DNA of 64,000 bases from Candidatus Kerfeldbacteria bacterium. Its GTDB lineage: Bacteria; Patescibacteriota; Patescibacteriia; SBBC01. The translations under genes and the position numbers were made by a program. Shown in pieces: positions 8,274 to 17,491 of this stretch (the stretch's first letter is position 1; the number at the start of each line of letters is the position of its first letter). The notes beneath the pieces were generated by a model. That model was not told where the DNA came from, did not search any database, and saw only the letters and a list, made by a program, of their open reading frames with translations. The DNA lies in NCBI GenBank assembly GCA_043799405.1, contig JAZDNT010000004.1:4206-68205 (forward strand), written 5' to 3'.

Positions 8274-9536
8274 ATGGCACGATACATCGCAGACCTCGAG
8301 ATTCATTCACGGTTCGCCCGCGCCGTCTCGAAGGACATGAACCTCGAGACGCTCGACTTCTGGGCGGAGAAGAAGGGCATCGACATTGTCGGAACCGGCG
8401 ATTTTACGCACCCGACGTGGTTCTCGGAGATCAAAGAACAGCTCGAGGAGGACGGGAGCGGCTTACTGAAACGTCGTGGGTCGAAGAGTAATGTCCGGTT
8501 CATGCTGTCCGCCGAGATAAGTTGCATCTTCCGGCGTGGCAGTACACGGAGAATTCATACGCTCGTCTACGCTCCGAACCTTAAAACAGTAGGCGCGGTC
8601 AACGCAAAGCTCAACCTCGTCGGAAAGCTGAAGTCTGACGGGCGCCCGATCATCGGCATCGACATCAAAGAGCTCCTGAAAATCATCCTCGACGTTTCTC
8701 CTAAGTGCATCATGGTGCCGGCGCACGTCTGGACGCCGTGGTTCGGCATGTACGGTTCGAGCTCGGGCTTCGACTCGATGCGCGAGTGCTTCGGGGATCA
8801 ATTCGACCTTGTTCCCGCAGTCGAAACGGGTCTCTCATCCGATCCCCCGATGAACTGGCGGCTTTCGGAGCTCGACAGCAAGACGATCGTATCGTACTCC
8901 GACGCGCATTCGCCGCGGAACATCGGACGCGAAGCCACGGTCTTCGAGCTTTCATCGCCCACGTTCGGGAGCTACTCGAAAGCGCTCCGCGTCCCTTTTC
9001 CGAAAGAGAAGGATCCGGACCGCATCGACATGACCCTCGAATTCTTCCCCGAAGAAGGAATGTACCACTGGGACGGGCACCGCGCCCACGAACTCCGCAT
9101 GTCGCCCGCGGAAACGCGGAAGGTGAAGGGGATATGCCCGAAGTGCGGAAGTAAACTTACCATCGGTGTTGCACACCGCGTCGACCTCATATCCGACCGT
9201 CCGGAACAGTACAAGCCCTCCGGCAGGCCGCCGTTCAAACACCTCGTCCCTCTCGCAGAGGTCATCGGCGAAGCCCTCGACGTCGGGAAGCTCACGAAGA
9301 CCGTTGATACCGAATACCAGGGCATTATCAAGCAGTTCGGACCAGAATTCAAAGTACTCCTCGACGTTCCGCTCACTGAACTTACAAAAAGCGTCAGACC
9401 GGAGATCGTCGAGGGTATCAAACGCGTCCGCGAGGAAAAGCTCCACATCCTACCGGGGTATGACGGCACCTACGGGGTCGTAAAAATATTTACTGACAAA
9501 GAAAAGAAATCCATCGGGCAGTCGTCGCTCTTCTGA
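8274..9536 (+). CDS. PHP-domain phosphoesterase with Zn ribbon (COG1379 / endonuclease Q-like)
   Basis: N-terminus YIADLEIHSRFARAVSKDM..GIDIVGTGDFTHPTW, plus a Zn-ribbon-like CPKCGSKLTIGVAHRV. Confidence 0.65.
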   Translation: MARYIADLEIHSRFARAVSKDMNLETLDFWAEKKGIDIVGTGDFTHPTWFSEIKEQLEEDGSGLLKRRGSKSNVRFMLSAEISCIFRRGSTRRIHTLVYAPNLKTVGAVNAKLNLVGKLKSDGRPIIGIDIKELLKIILDVSPKCIMVPAHVWTPWFGMYGSSSGFDSMRECFGDQFDLVPAVETGLSSDPPMNWRLSELDSKTIVSYSDAHSPRNIGREATVFELSSPTFGSYSKALRVPFPKEKDPDRIDMTLEFFPEEGMYHWDGHRAHELRMSPAETRKVKGICPKCGSKLTIGVAHRVDLISDRPEQYKPSGRPPFKHLVPLAEVIGEALDVGKLTKTVDTEYQGIIKQFGPEFKVLLDVPLTELTKSVRPEIVEGIKRVREEKLHILPGYDGTYGVVKIFTDKEKKSIGQSSLF

Positions 9537-9542
9537 CGCAGT

Positions 9543-10142
9543 ATGCTTACCGCGTTCCTTGTACTCGCCCTTATCGGGTCGCTCGTCGCGCTCGTCCTTG
9601 CGTTGAATACGCTCATCTCTCTCTTCCGCGACAAGGTGCCATATGTCTCGACGCCACGCTGGGCGATCGACTGGCTCCGCGACAACGTCATGCAGTATTC
9701 CCCTCTCCTTGCTAAGGAGAGGGGCGGGGGTGAGGTTTCTCCCCCTTCTTTACAAGGAGGGGGTCGGGGGGCGGTGTACGATCTCGGCTGCGGCGATGCG
9801 CGCGTGCTCATTGCTATCAAACAGCGCTATCCCACAATCACCGCGATCGGCTACGAACGTAACTGGTGGCCGTTCATCCTCGCGAAAGCGAGGATCCGCG
9901 GGACAGGGGTTAAAGTTTATCGCCAAAACTTCTACCAAGCCGACCTCCGCAATGCAGACGTCGTGTTCTGTTTCCTCATCCACTCGGTTATGCCGAAGGT
10001 CGAAACACTCCTCAGGTCGCAACTCGCGCCTGGTGCAACGGTCTACTCCTACGGCTTCTCTTTTCCGACATGGAAGCCCTCGCGGCGCATCGAAAATCCT
10101 ACGAGGCCGCAGGGAAGCAAGCTGAACATCTATACGGCGTGA
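9543..10142 (+). CDS. Class I SAM-dependent methyltransferase with an N-terminal TM helix
   Basis: Motif I VYDLGCGDARVLI, preceded by VPYVSTP. An in-frame GC-rich insertion sits between them. Confidence 0.7.
   Translation: MLTAFLVLALIGSLVALVLALNTLISLFRDKVPYVSTPRWAIDWLRDNVMQYSPLLAKERGGGEVSPPSLQGGGRGAVYDLGCGDARVLIAIKQRYPTITAIGYERNWWPFILAKARIRGTGVKVYRQNFYQADLRNADVVFCFLIHSVMPKVETLLRSQLAPGATVYSYGFSFPTWKPSRRIENPTRPQGSKLNIYTA
9700..9763. repeat. Twin GC-rich hairpin insertion inside the methyltransferase ORF
   Basis: cccctctcctt-gct-aaggagagggg (9700-9724, perfect 11-bp stem) and cccccttctt-tac-aaggaggggg (9741-9763, 10 bp with one G-U). Together they encode PLLAKERGGGEVSPPSLQGGGRG. Confidence 0.6.
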
Positions 10143-10184
10143 ACACCAGTTCACGATACCGACGTAATACTTTATACTAACCGT

Positions 10185-10913
10185 ATGTCATTACGACCAG
10201 GTGAAGCAAGAATGAGGGCGTCCGAAAGTTTTTTTACTCGCGAACAACAGGAGCGATCCGACACGAACGAATCTCGCCGTTTTCAAGAGAGGCAGGAAGC
10301 CGATTTTCCACTGAAGGAAAGTCCGGAGTCGAAACGACGGCGAAGGCGCATGGCGGACCAGCGCCAGGGAACCTCCGAATACCTTGCGCTGGCGGTCGAC
10401 GTCGATGACCCGGAACGTCTGCGGGAATTCGCCGTCGCCGAAGAACGGCGGCTCGAAGTCGTTCGCGCCGATTTCCCGAGGAATGAAGTGATGCAGAGGA
10501 ACTATGAACTACTCGTCGCTTCGAACGGAAGCGGCAACGACACGATGCCGCCCGAAGTCCACAGGCGGCTCCTGTCGGTCGTCAGGGGAACGAAGGCGAG
10601 CTATGGATCGGCTGATGAGTGGGCGGAAAAACTAATGGAGTCCCACAGGGAAGGAATACTTCGACGCGTCCCCCGGGAAGAGATCGACGACAGGGTCAGG
10701 GGGTTCGCCATTACCGCGCTCCACCATAATGATCTCAAGACCCTCGAAACCACGCTGCTGGTATCGCGCCTTCAACGCGACCCTGCGATCACTGACGCGA
10801 TCAACGAACGAATGGCCAAACTCGAGGGCTCGGACGCCTCAAGGGACCGGGAAATTTTTGAAGAGTTGGCGCGTATCATGGTAACTCCCCGCGCCGAAGA
10901 ACAAGCCGCATAA
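10185..10913 (+). CDS. Highly charged hypothetical protein
   Basis: 242-aa ORF, Arg/Glu-rich; no motif recognised. Confidence 0.5.
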   Translation: MSLRPGEARMRASESFFTREQQERSDTNESRRFQERQEADFPLKESPESKRRRRRMADQRQGTSEYLALAVDVDDPERLREFAVAEERRLEVVRADFPRNEVMQRNYELLVASNGSGNDTMPPEVHRRLLSVVRGTKASYGSADEWAEKLMESHREGILRRVPREEIDDRVRGFAITALHHNDLKTLETTLLVSRLQRDPAITDAINERMAKLEGSDASRDREIFEELARIMVTPRAEEQAA

Positions 10914-10946
10914 ACGTAGGCGATAACGGTTCGTATCGAATCGTCC

Positions 10947-10975
10947 TTGATTTTTGCACGTTAAAACGCTACAAT
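10947..10975 (+). promoter_or_regulatory. Sigma70-like promoter for the tRNA-Ser transcript
   Basis: ttgatt (10947-52), a 17-nt spacer, then tacaat (10970-75). Confidence 0.5.
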
Positions 10976-10993
10976 CTCCCCGCCGCTGTTTAC

Positions 10994-11115
10994 GGAGAGT
11001 TGGCTGATCACCGCCTTTGGCGGGGCCCCCGCCCGAAGGGCGGTGGGTGGTTGAAAGGGACGGTCTCGTCACCGCACATGGCGGAGGGTTGGCTGAGTGG
11101 GTTCGAGGGGGCGGT
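10994..11115 (+). pseudogene. Two tRNA-Ser-like 5'-half fragments
   Basis: ggagagttggctga[39-nt insert 11008-11046]gtggttgaaagggacggtctcg and ggagggttggctgagtgggttcgaggggg both align to the 5' half of the intact tRNA (ggaggagtggccgagtggttgaaggcgcaggtctcg). Neither folds into a cloverleaf. Confidence 0.4.
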
Positions 11116-11241
11116 TACGCCGAGCGAATGAACTGCTTCACTCGCGTCCCCCGAGAACGGGTTGAGGTTTCCGGCAAAGCCGGACCGAGACCCCGGACGA
11201 AAGCGTTTGAAAAATATTCTTTATATCGTCGTGACCAGAGC

Positions 11242-11328
11242 GGAGGAGTGGCCGAGTGGTTGAAGGCGCAGGTCTCGAAAACCTGTATACCAGCAATGGT
11301 ATCGTGAGTTCGAATCTCACCTCCTCCG
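11242..11328 (+). tRNA. tRNA-Ser (anticodon CGA), type II with a long variable arm
   Basis: Hand-folded cloverleaf: GGAGGAG-TG-GCC-GAGTGGTTGAA-GGC-G-CAGGT-CTCGAAA-ACCTG-TATACCAGCAATGGTATC-GTGAG-TTCGAAT-CTCAC-CTCCTCC-G. No CCA is encoded. Confidence 0.9.
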
Positions 11329-11479
11329 CTCTGGTGCGGGACGAATCCTGCACCCTCCGCCATGTGCGGGACTCCACCTCCACTTAATCCGATCAAACAA
11401 GTATAACGGCGACGCTCCGGAAAATCTGTTCCTTATGGTATACTCGAAACGGATAAGCAAATAAAACAAGGGGTGCACT

Positions 11480-13048
11480 ATGAAGAAATCACTCCACACA
11501 CTACTGCTGGCCTTTTTTGTGTGCATACTATTGTTCACGCTCCTTCCGCTTCAAGGAACGGCATACTCAATGAAAGCATTGAGCACGCAAACCCTGAAAA
11601 ACGCGGCAAAGAAGTACGCTGAAGGGAACGAAAAAGCCGGCGCACCGATTACCGTGCGTCACAAGAACGTCATGTACACCTATGTGCCTTTCACGGTAAA
11701 CAGCACGATCAGCGGCACCTTTCCGGGCATCATGCTCGACAGCAAGGCAAAGCCGATCACGAAAAAATCACTGCTCAAAGAGTTGTTCCGATATCCCAGC
11801 CTCATCAAGGAGTTTGCCGACAATCCGTCCGGATTCAATAAACTTGCGGGGAAAAAGGTAACTGCCTTTGCGCAGTACTGCCGCCTCCTGGAAAAACAAG
11901 AAATCAAGCTTGATGCGCTCAACCGTTCCGGTAACGTCGCCGGCGTCATCTACCAAGGCACCAAGCTCGCCTTTGATGCAGTCTCGCTCGTCAAGAGCGG
12001 TACGAAAGGCCTCGCTGCGCTGATCAAGGATCTGGCTAAAGGCACGGTGCAGGACTCCATCTTGTCCTACTTCGTCCCGGCTGATTCACGGGCCGTACTG
12101 CAAAGTACCCAGCGTGCATACGATCATACGAAAACTGCACACACGAAATGCACCGAGGCACTGGCCGCCTGGAACGACGTCCAGACAACGACTGGCAAAG
12201 CCACGACCACCCAAGCCAAATACGCCACAAGTAAAGTTGCAGATATGTTCTACGCGGAGTCCGCGTCAATGTCCGATTTCAGTAAAGCAGTGGAGCGCAT
12301 TAACAAATACCCGAAACTCGTCGCGAAGATCGGCGCGGACGATTACGCCGCGGCGATGACGAACATGACCGCCCTCGTTCAACGACTGAGCGCTGAACGA
12401 AAAACATGGACAGAATACTCCGACAATGCCAATAACAAGCACACCCTCGAACTTTGGACTAATGAGCAGGTACGTCGTGTTACGCCGAAGCTTACGGAAT
12501 GCGAAGCCATCAATCCATCGACAAATTCCGCACTCTATACGTACACCGTGGAGACCGGAATCTGCAGCAGCTATACCAATTCCATCACCTCGAGCTTGCT
12601 CAGCCTCCGGTGCAATCAAAGCAGTGCTGCCTGGCGAAACTATCTAGTGAAACCACTCGACGTTTCCGGCCAGTCTACAGTGAAAATCTCAGCCGACCTC
12701 GGCCTCAATGACCACTCACGCTTTTTCACTGAATGCAGCGGGGTCGGAGTGAAGTACGACGACTACGTCAGCATCATGGTGCTTTCATCCGATCCGCGAT
12801 CGACGCTCGCTGCAGAGTGCAACAAGACCGCGTCCTCTGCTGACTGGCCAAAGTGTGCGGTCTCGCCGATCGATGATGCCGTCATCGCATCGTGCGGCGT
12901 AGCAAAATGTACCGCCTCTCAACACTGCGATCTTACGGTCAGCACAGGAGGAAAGAGCACGCTCTATCTCGTGTATCACGTATCCGACGCCTGGCTAGCC
13001 GACATTGAGGGAACAATGGCCAACGCCTCGGTCTGCCCTGCTTCATAA
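11480..13048 (+). CDS. Secreted hypothetical protein with a Cys-rich C-terminal part
   Basis: 522 aa with the signal peptide MKKSLHTLLLAFFVCILLFTLLPLQGTAYS. Confidence 0.7.
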   Translation: MKKSLHTLLLAFFVCILLFTLLPLQGTAYSMKALSTQTLKNAAKKYAEGNEKAGAPITVRHKNVMYTYVPFTVNSTISGTFPGIMLDSKAKPITKKSLLKELFRYPSLIKEFADNPSGFNKLAGKKVTAFAQYCRLLEKQEIKLDALNRSGNVAGVIYQGTKLAFDAVSLVKSGTKGLAALIKDLAKGTVQDSILSYFVPADSRAVLQSTQRAYDHTKTAHTKCTEALAAWNDVQTTTGKATTTQAKYATSKVADMFYAESASMSDFSKAVERINKYPKLVAKIGADDYAAAMTNMTALVQRLSAERKTWTEYSDNANNKHTLELWTNEQVRRVTPKLTECEAINPSTNSALYTYTVETGICSSYTNSITSSLLSLRCNQSSAAWRNYLVKPLDVSGQSTVKISADLGLNDHSRFFTECSGVGVKYDDYVSIMVLSSDPRSTLAAECNKTASSADWPKCAVSPIDDAVIASCGVAKCTASQHCDLTVSTGGKSTLYLVYHVSDAWLADIEGTMANASVCPAS

Positions 13049-13088
13049 TCAGATACGTGATCGCGTCATGGCCCGTCATGCTTGTGCA

Positions 13089-13132
13089 GGCGGGGCACCT
13101 AACCCAAGTGACCCGCCAATTGTATTTTTTTT
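13089..13132 (+). terminator. Rho-independent terminator candidate
   Basis: ggcggggcac / gtgacccgcc (10-bp stem with 1 mismatch, 9-nt loop), then a T8 run 7 nt downstream. Confidence 0.45.
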
Positions 13133-13183
13133 CGAGTTTCTGTATACTCTCCCTGCTCACGTAGAATGTGAGTGTATTAATCA

Positions 13184-14476
13184 ATGTACTCTATGATGGA
13201 AATCCTTAGGAACATGTGGCGGAGAAAATTCCGGACCCTGCTTACTATCATCGGCATCGCCGTAGGCATCTTCGCGTTCACGGTCATGGGCTCGATGTCG
13301 CTCAAACTCAACAAGATGATCGCCGGCGGAAAGCGCTACATCACCGGTCAGATCACCATCATGCCGAAAGGCACGATGGAAGGCAGCGGCGCTGCGATGC
13401 TTCCGGTCGACACCCTCGACAAGATCGCGAAGGTCGACGGCGTTGACGTTGTTGCCGCAATGGTAGAGCTCCCTCTCAAAGAGATGAACCTGGACGATCC
13501 GAGCGCCAGCTTCAGCATGGGTCCGGCGCCGACGATCGAAGCATTCGATCTCAATGTGCCGTACAAGAACCGCAACTGGCAGGAATTCAACATGAAGGAA
13601 GGGCGCATGCTCGAAAAGGGCGACGGCACTGACGTCATGGTCCTCGGTATCAGCATCGCAACGGACAACAACAAGAAGGTCGGCGACACTATGAACATCC
13701 GCGGAAAGGATTTTAGGGTGATCGGCGTCCTCGAACGAACAATGACCGGACCTGACAACTACGCAATGATGGACATCCAGCTCGCGCGCGAAATGCTCAT
13801 CGAATCCAACCCGTTCCTGAAGTCGCTCAAACAGCAGGCTGATGAAGCAACAAATATATCCGCCGCTGCGCTCGCGAAATTGCCGGAGCAAACGCGCCAG
13901 CAGATCCAGAACGCCAAGACGTTCAACATCAAGGATGTCACAACCATGGCTGCAGTGTCATGGAAGGACGGGCAGGACTCCGAAACCGTCGCGAATCGGA
14001 TCAAAGACCAGTACAAGAAGGACGTCACGGTGCTCTCGCCGGTAGCGATGGGCAAGACGATCGACAAGGCAACGGCAATTTTCAACGCGGTCGTGCTTGG
14101 GAGCGCGCTTATAGCCCTCATCGTCGGCGGCTTCTCAATCATCAATACGATGATCATGTCGATCTCGGAACGGACGAAGGAGATCGGCATTAAGAAGTCA
14201 CTCGGTGCGTCCCGCCACTCAATCGCAGCGGAGTACACGCTCGAAGCCGGCGTCATCGGCATTATCGGCGGACTTATCGGGATGGGATTCGGCGTGTTCG
14301 TCGCAACCATCATCAACTCGAAGATGAAGGGCGACGGCGCGGAAATATTCCTTCTTGCCCCGTCGTTCCTTGGCGAGGTCCTTGCCTTCGCGTTCGTTCT
14401 CGGTATCATAGCCGGCATCATTCCGGCCGTCCGTGCAGCACGCATGAAGGCGGTCGACGCTATCCGCGAACTCTAA
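13184..14476 (+). CDS. ABC transporter permease, MacB/FtsX type
   Basis: 430 aa. N-terminus LRNMWRRKFRTLLTIIGIAVGIFAF, a large periplasmic domain, and a C-terminal FtsX-like 3-TM region (ERTKEIGIKKSLGA). Confidence 0.85.
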   Translation: MYSMMEILRNMWRRKFRTLLTIIGIAVGIFAFTVMGSMSLKLNKMIAGGKRYITGQITIMPKGTMEGSGAAMLPVDTLDKIAKVDGVDVVAAMVELPLKEMNLDDPSASFSMGPAPTIEAFDLNVPYKNRNWQEFNMKEGRMLEKGDGTDVMVLGISIATDNNKKVGDTMNIRGKDFRVIGVLERTMTGPDNYAMMDIQLAREMLIESNPFLKSLKQQADEATNISAAALAKLPEQTRQQIQNAKTFNIKDVTTMAAVSWKDGQDSETVANRIKDQYKKDVTVLSPVAMGKTIDKATAIFNAVVLGSALIALIVGGFSIINTMIMSISERTKEIGIKKSLGASRHSIAAEYTLEAGVIGIIGGLIGMGFGVFVATIINSKMKGDGAEIFLLAPSFLGEVLAFAFVLGIIAGIIPAVRAARMKAVDAIREL

Positions 14477-14483
14477 TACCCCT

Positions 14484-15164
14484 ATGGACACCATCGTCAT
14501 CAGCGCACAACACTTACAAAAATCGTACCGCATGTCAAAAACGAACGTCGTACAGGCGCTCAAGGGCGTCAGCATCGAAATCAAGAAGGGCGACTTCACA
14601 GCGATCGTCGGCCCTTCGGGGTGCGGAAAATCGACGCTCCTGCACATCCTCGGCCTCCTTGACCGCACCGACGAGGGCACGCTCACTATCGACGGGGTCA
14701 ATACGGCAACGATGAAGGAAAAACAGGCGTACAAATTCCGCGCGAAGAAGATCGGTTTCGTGTTCCAGGGTTTTAACCTTATCCCGTCGCTCACCGCGCT
14801 CGAGAACGTCATGCTCGCCGGACGGTACGGCGGTATGAAGCGCAAGGAACGCAAAGAAAAGGCAACGAAGCTCCTCGACACGCTGGGGCTCAAGGATCGC
14901 ATGAACCACAGGCCGAACGAACTTTCCGGAGGCCAGCAGCAGCGCGTCGCGCTCGCTCGGGCGCTCATGAACGACCCGTCGCTCATCCTCGCCGACGAAC
15001 CGACCGGCGAACTCGACAGCGCAACCTCGCTCGAGATCATCGAAATCCTGAAAAAGCTCAATCGCGAGGAAGGACGAACCTTCGTCATCGTCACGCACAA
15101 CACCGAGGTCGCGAACGCCTGCAAGAACATAGTGCAACTGAAGGACGGAAAGAACGCCTCGTAA
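14484..15164 (+). CDS. ABC transporter ATP-binding protein (MacB/LolD type)
   Basis: Walker A GPSGCGKST, signature LSGGQQQRVALARAL, Walker B LILADEPTG. Confidence 0.9.
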   Translation: MDTIVISAQHLQKSYRMSKTNVVQALKGVSIEIKKGDFTAIVGPSGCGKSTLLHILGLLDRTDEGTLTIDGVNTATMKEKQAYKFRAKKIGFVFQGFNLIPSLTALENVMLAGRYGGMKRKERKEKATKLLDTLGLKDRMNHRPNELSGGQQQRVALARALMNDPSLILADEPTGELDSATSLEIIEILKKLNREEGRTFVIVTHNTEVANACKNIVQLKDGKNAS

Positions 15165-15195
15165 CGTCCCTTGAGATGGGGTACACTACGGACGC

Positions 15196-15930
15196 ATGAA
15201 CGCGATCGAAACCCGAAACATCCGCAAGCTCTACAAGGACTTCCCCGCTCTTGACGGGTTGACGTTCACGGTTCGCGCGGGCGAGCTCTACGGCCTGCTC
15301 GGACCGAATGGCGCGGGGAAGACGACGCTTATCCGTATCCTTGTCGGGCTTATCCGCGCTACATCCGGTGACGCAACCGTTCTAGAGCTTTCACCTCGTG
15401 ATCCGAAATTATGGACCATGCTCGGGTACATGCCGCAGGATCTTGCGCTCTACCTCGATCTCACGGTCCAGGAAAATATGGAACTGTTCGGACGGCTGTA
15501 CGGACTGCCGGAAAACGAACTAAAAACAAGGATTGACGAGCTCCTGCAATTTGTCGATCTTGCGCGCTGGAAAAGAACGCTCATCGCAAACCTGTCCGGC
15601 GGCATGAAACACCGGACATCACTGGCGGTTGCTCTGCTTCCGAAACCGAGGCTGCTCGTTCTGGATGAACCGACGGTCGGGGTAGACCCGGAGCTAAGAG
15701 CAGCGTTCTGGAAACGGTTCGATGACATGAGAAGGGATGGCACAACGATCCTCATGACCACGCACTACATGGACGAGGCAGTCCGGTGCGACCGCGTCGG
15801 GCTCATGCGCCATGGAAAACTGATCGCCGAAGGAACGCCGGACGAGCTCAGGCGGGAAACGAACACCGCAACAATGGAAGAAACGTTCCTGTGGCTTGCT
15901 GGCAGGAATAAAACGGAGGGCGCGACATGA
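15196..15930 (+). CDS. ABC-2-type transporter ATP-binding protein
   Basis: Walker A GPNGAGKTT, signature LSGGMKHR, Walker B LLVLDEPTVG. Confidence 0.9.
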   Translation: MNAIETRNIRKLYKDFPALDGLTFTVRAGELYGLLGPNGAGKTTLIRILVGLIRATSGDATVLELSPRDPKLWTMLGYMPQDLALYLDLTVQENMELFGRLYGLPENELKTRIDELLQFVDLARWKRTLIANLSGGMKHRTSLAVALLPKPRLLVLDEPTVGVDPELRAAFWKRFDDMRRDGTTILMTTHYMDEAVRCDRVGLMRHGKLIAEGTPDELRRETNTATMEETFLWLAGRNKTEGAT

Positions 15931-15931
15931 A

Positions 15932-16010
15932 TCCCGTTAGAGAGCCCTTATTCAACCCATCAGGTCATGTTCATCTTTCACATTTTTTACAAGCTGACTC
16001 TCTAACGGGA
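15932..16010. repeat. Inverted-repeat element, copy 2 of 3
   Basis: tcccgttagagag (15932-15944) and ctctctaacggga (15998-16010) flank a 53-nt core. The element fills the whole ATPase-permease intergenic gap, and the right arm abuts the permease ATG. Confidence 0.65.
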
Positions 16011-17134
16011 TGAAATTCAACCGCGTCTTTGCCGTTACTAGAAAACAGTTCCTCGCGCTCCGACACGATCCGCGCAGCATTGCGCTTATGCTTTTAGCAC
16101 CAATTATGGCAATGCTTATCTTCGGATTTGCATTCGGTACGGAACCACACAACGTGCCCGTTGTGATCGTCAATCAGGACCAGGGATTGCTCGCCGAAAA
16201 GATTATCGCGAACATCGATTCAGAAAAGCTTAGTGTCACGTCAATGAATGACGGTGATGCCGCTCGCGCACTGGTACAGGACGGAAAGAAGATTGCCGCT
16301 ATACTGTTCTCCTCGGACTTCTCCAGTAACCTCACTCCGTCAACAATCAACAGCAAAACGATTCTCCCGCATGGTGCATCAGTTACAATCGTCCTCGACA
16401 CAACGAGCCAGCAGCTGTCGTCTGTTGTCAAACCAACGCTCATGAACGCGGCGCAGGCCCTGATTGAGGCCGGCAATGCGACCGTACCAGTATCATTCGA
16501 TCTGGCGTATGCGTTTCCAAAAGCAAAGGACGCCCGCTACATCGATTACTTCGTTCCGGGGATCATGGCATTCGCGGTCACGCTGTTCACGACGCTGCTG
16601 ACGCTCCTCGCATTCGTCGGCGAACGAACGAGTGGTACGCTTGACCGGCTCCGGGTCACGCCTGCGACCGAAGCGGAAATCGTACTCGGCTACGAAACTG
16701 CTTTCGGCATCATCGCGACCATTCAGGGCATCCTGCTCCTTACCGTCGCGCTCCTTATATATCACATCCTCATTGTCGGTCCACTTGTCGTCGCCGCGCT
16801 CATCATAGCGCTGACGGCAATCGATGCTCAGGCAATCGGCATCCTCATCTCTGCAGGCGCCCGTCGCGAAGGACAGGCCATCCAGTTCTTCCCCTTCATC
16901 GTACTTCCAGTGTTCCTGCTCTCCGGCATCTTCATTCCAGTACAGAGCCTTCCGAACTGGCTCCAGCCGTTCTCATACCTCCTGCCGCCGACATGGTCGA
17001 TAGAAGCCCTTCGAGATGTTCTGTTACGCGGGTGGGGCCTCGGTCATGTATGGATCCACGTACTCGTGCTCGTAGGATTCGCGGTTGTCTTCACGCTACT
17101 CGCCGTTGTAAGCTTGAAACGCTCACGACAATAA
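16010..17134 (+). CDS. ABC-2 family transporter permease
   Basis: 374 aa. It has an N-terminal TM, a large loop and a C-terminal multi-TM ABC-2 membrane domain, and is paired with the 15196 ATPase. Confidence 0.8.
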   Translation: MKFNRVFAVTRKQFLALRHDPRSIALMLLAPIMAMLIFGFAFGTEPHNVPVVIVNQDQGLLAEKIIANIDSEKLSVTSMNDGDAARALVQDGKKIAAILFSSDFSSNLTPSTINSKTILPHGASVTIVLDTTSQQLSSVVKPTLMNAAQALIEAGNATVPVSFDLAYAFPKAKDARYIDYFVPGIMAFAVTLFTTLLTLLAFVGERTSGTLDRLRVTPATEAEIVLGYETAFGIIATIQGILLLTVALLIYHILIVGPLVVAALIIALTAIDAQAIGILISAGARREGQAIQFFPFIVLPVFLLSGIFIPVQSLPNWLQPFSYLLPPTWSIEALRDVLLRGWGLGHVWIHVLVLVGFAVVFTLLAVVSLKRSRQ

Positions 17135-17137
17135 TCG

Positions 17138-17491
17138 ATGAAACACGGTTCATCATCAACTATCATTCAACCAGTTCCACGCCAACTGCTTCGTTCAAAG
17201 TATCGCCGGACGCTTTGGAAGAACACGCAACACATCATCAATGAGCTTACGCGCGCCCTTCCTGCATCAGAGGTATACCTCCTCGGCAGTTTTACGACAA
17301 AAAAACGACGTCCGGCGGATGTGGATTATATCGTACTCATAAAAACAAAGGTCCGCCAGAACGCCAACTGGTCCGTCGATATCGTATTCGCGCCTGACAA
17401 TACGCACGGCGAATACGTCCTCGAGGATACAAAAAAATGGATGAAACAGAAATACGGTGCGAAAAAATCTTCCGTTATCCGTATCGCATGA
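17138..17491 (+). CDS. Minimal nucleotidyltransferase (pol-beta superfamily) domain protein
   Basis: LLGSFTTKKRRPADVDYIVL matches the GS-x(n)-DxD NTase motif. Its stop overlaps the next ATG (ATGA). Confidence 0.55.
   Translation: MKHGSSSTIIQPVPRQLLRSKYRRTLWKNTQHIINELTRALPASEVYLLGSFTTKKRRPADVDYIVLIKTKVRQNANWSVDIVFAPDNTHGEYVLEDTKKWMKQKYGAKKSSVIRIA

Noticed and set aside
10982-11241. tmRNA, RNase P RNA or SRP RNA upstream of tRNA-Ser
   Set aside because: There are short by-eye resemblances: GGCTGA..GGGTTCGAGGGG to the tmRNA 5' end, GGTTGAAAGGGACGG to RNase P, and GCTGTTTAC to 4.5S RNA. The defining elements are missing, namely a G3-U70 acceptor with tag ORF, GGAAAGTCCGGGC, and the GGAA helix-8 loop. 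The region is better explained as tRNA-Ser-derived fragments. It needs Infernal to settle.
13181-15137. Long antisense ORFs (13181..13891, 13759..14445, 14219..15130, 14535..15137); similar ones occur opposite the paralogs (e.g. 29078..29845, 35426..36049)
   Set aside because: They lie opposite genes with unambiguous ABC or swivel-domain motifs, have low-complexity Arg/Ser/Pro-rich translations, and are the usual shadow ORFs of moderately GC-rich coding DNA.
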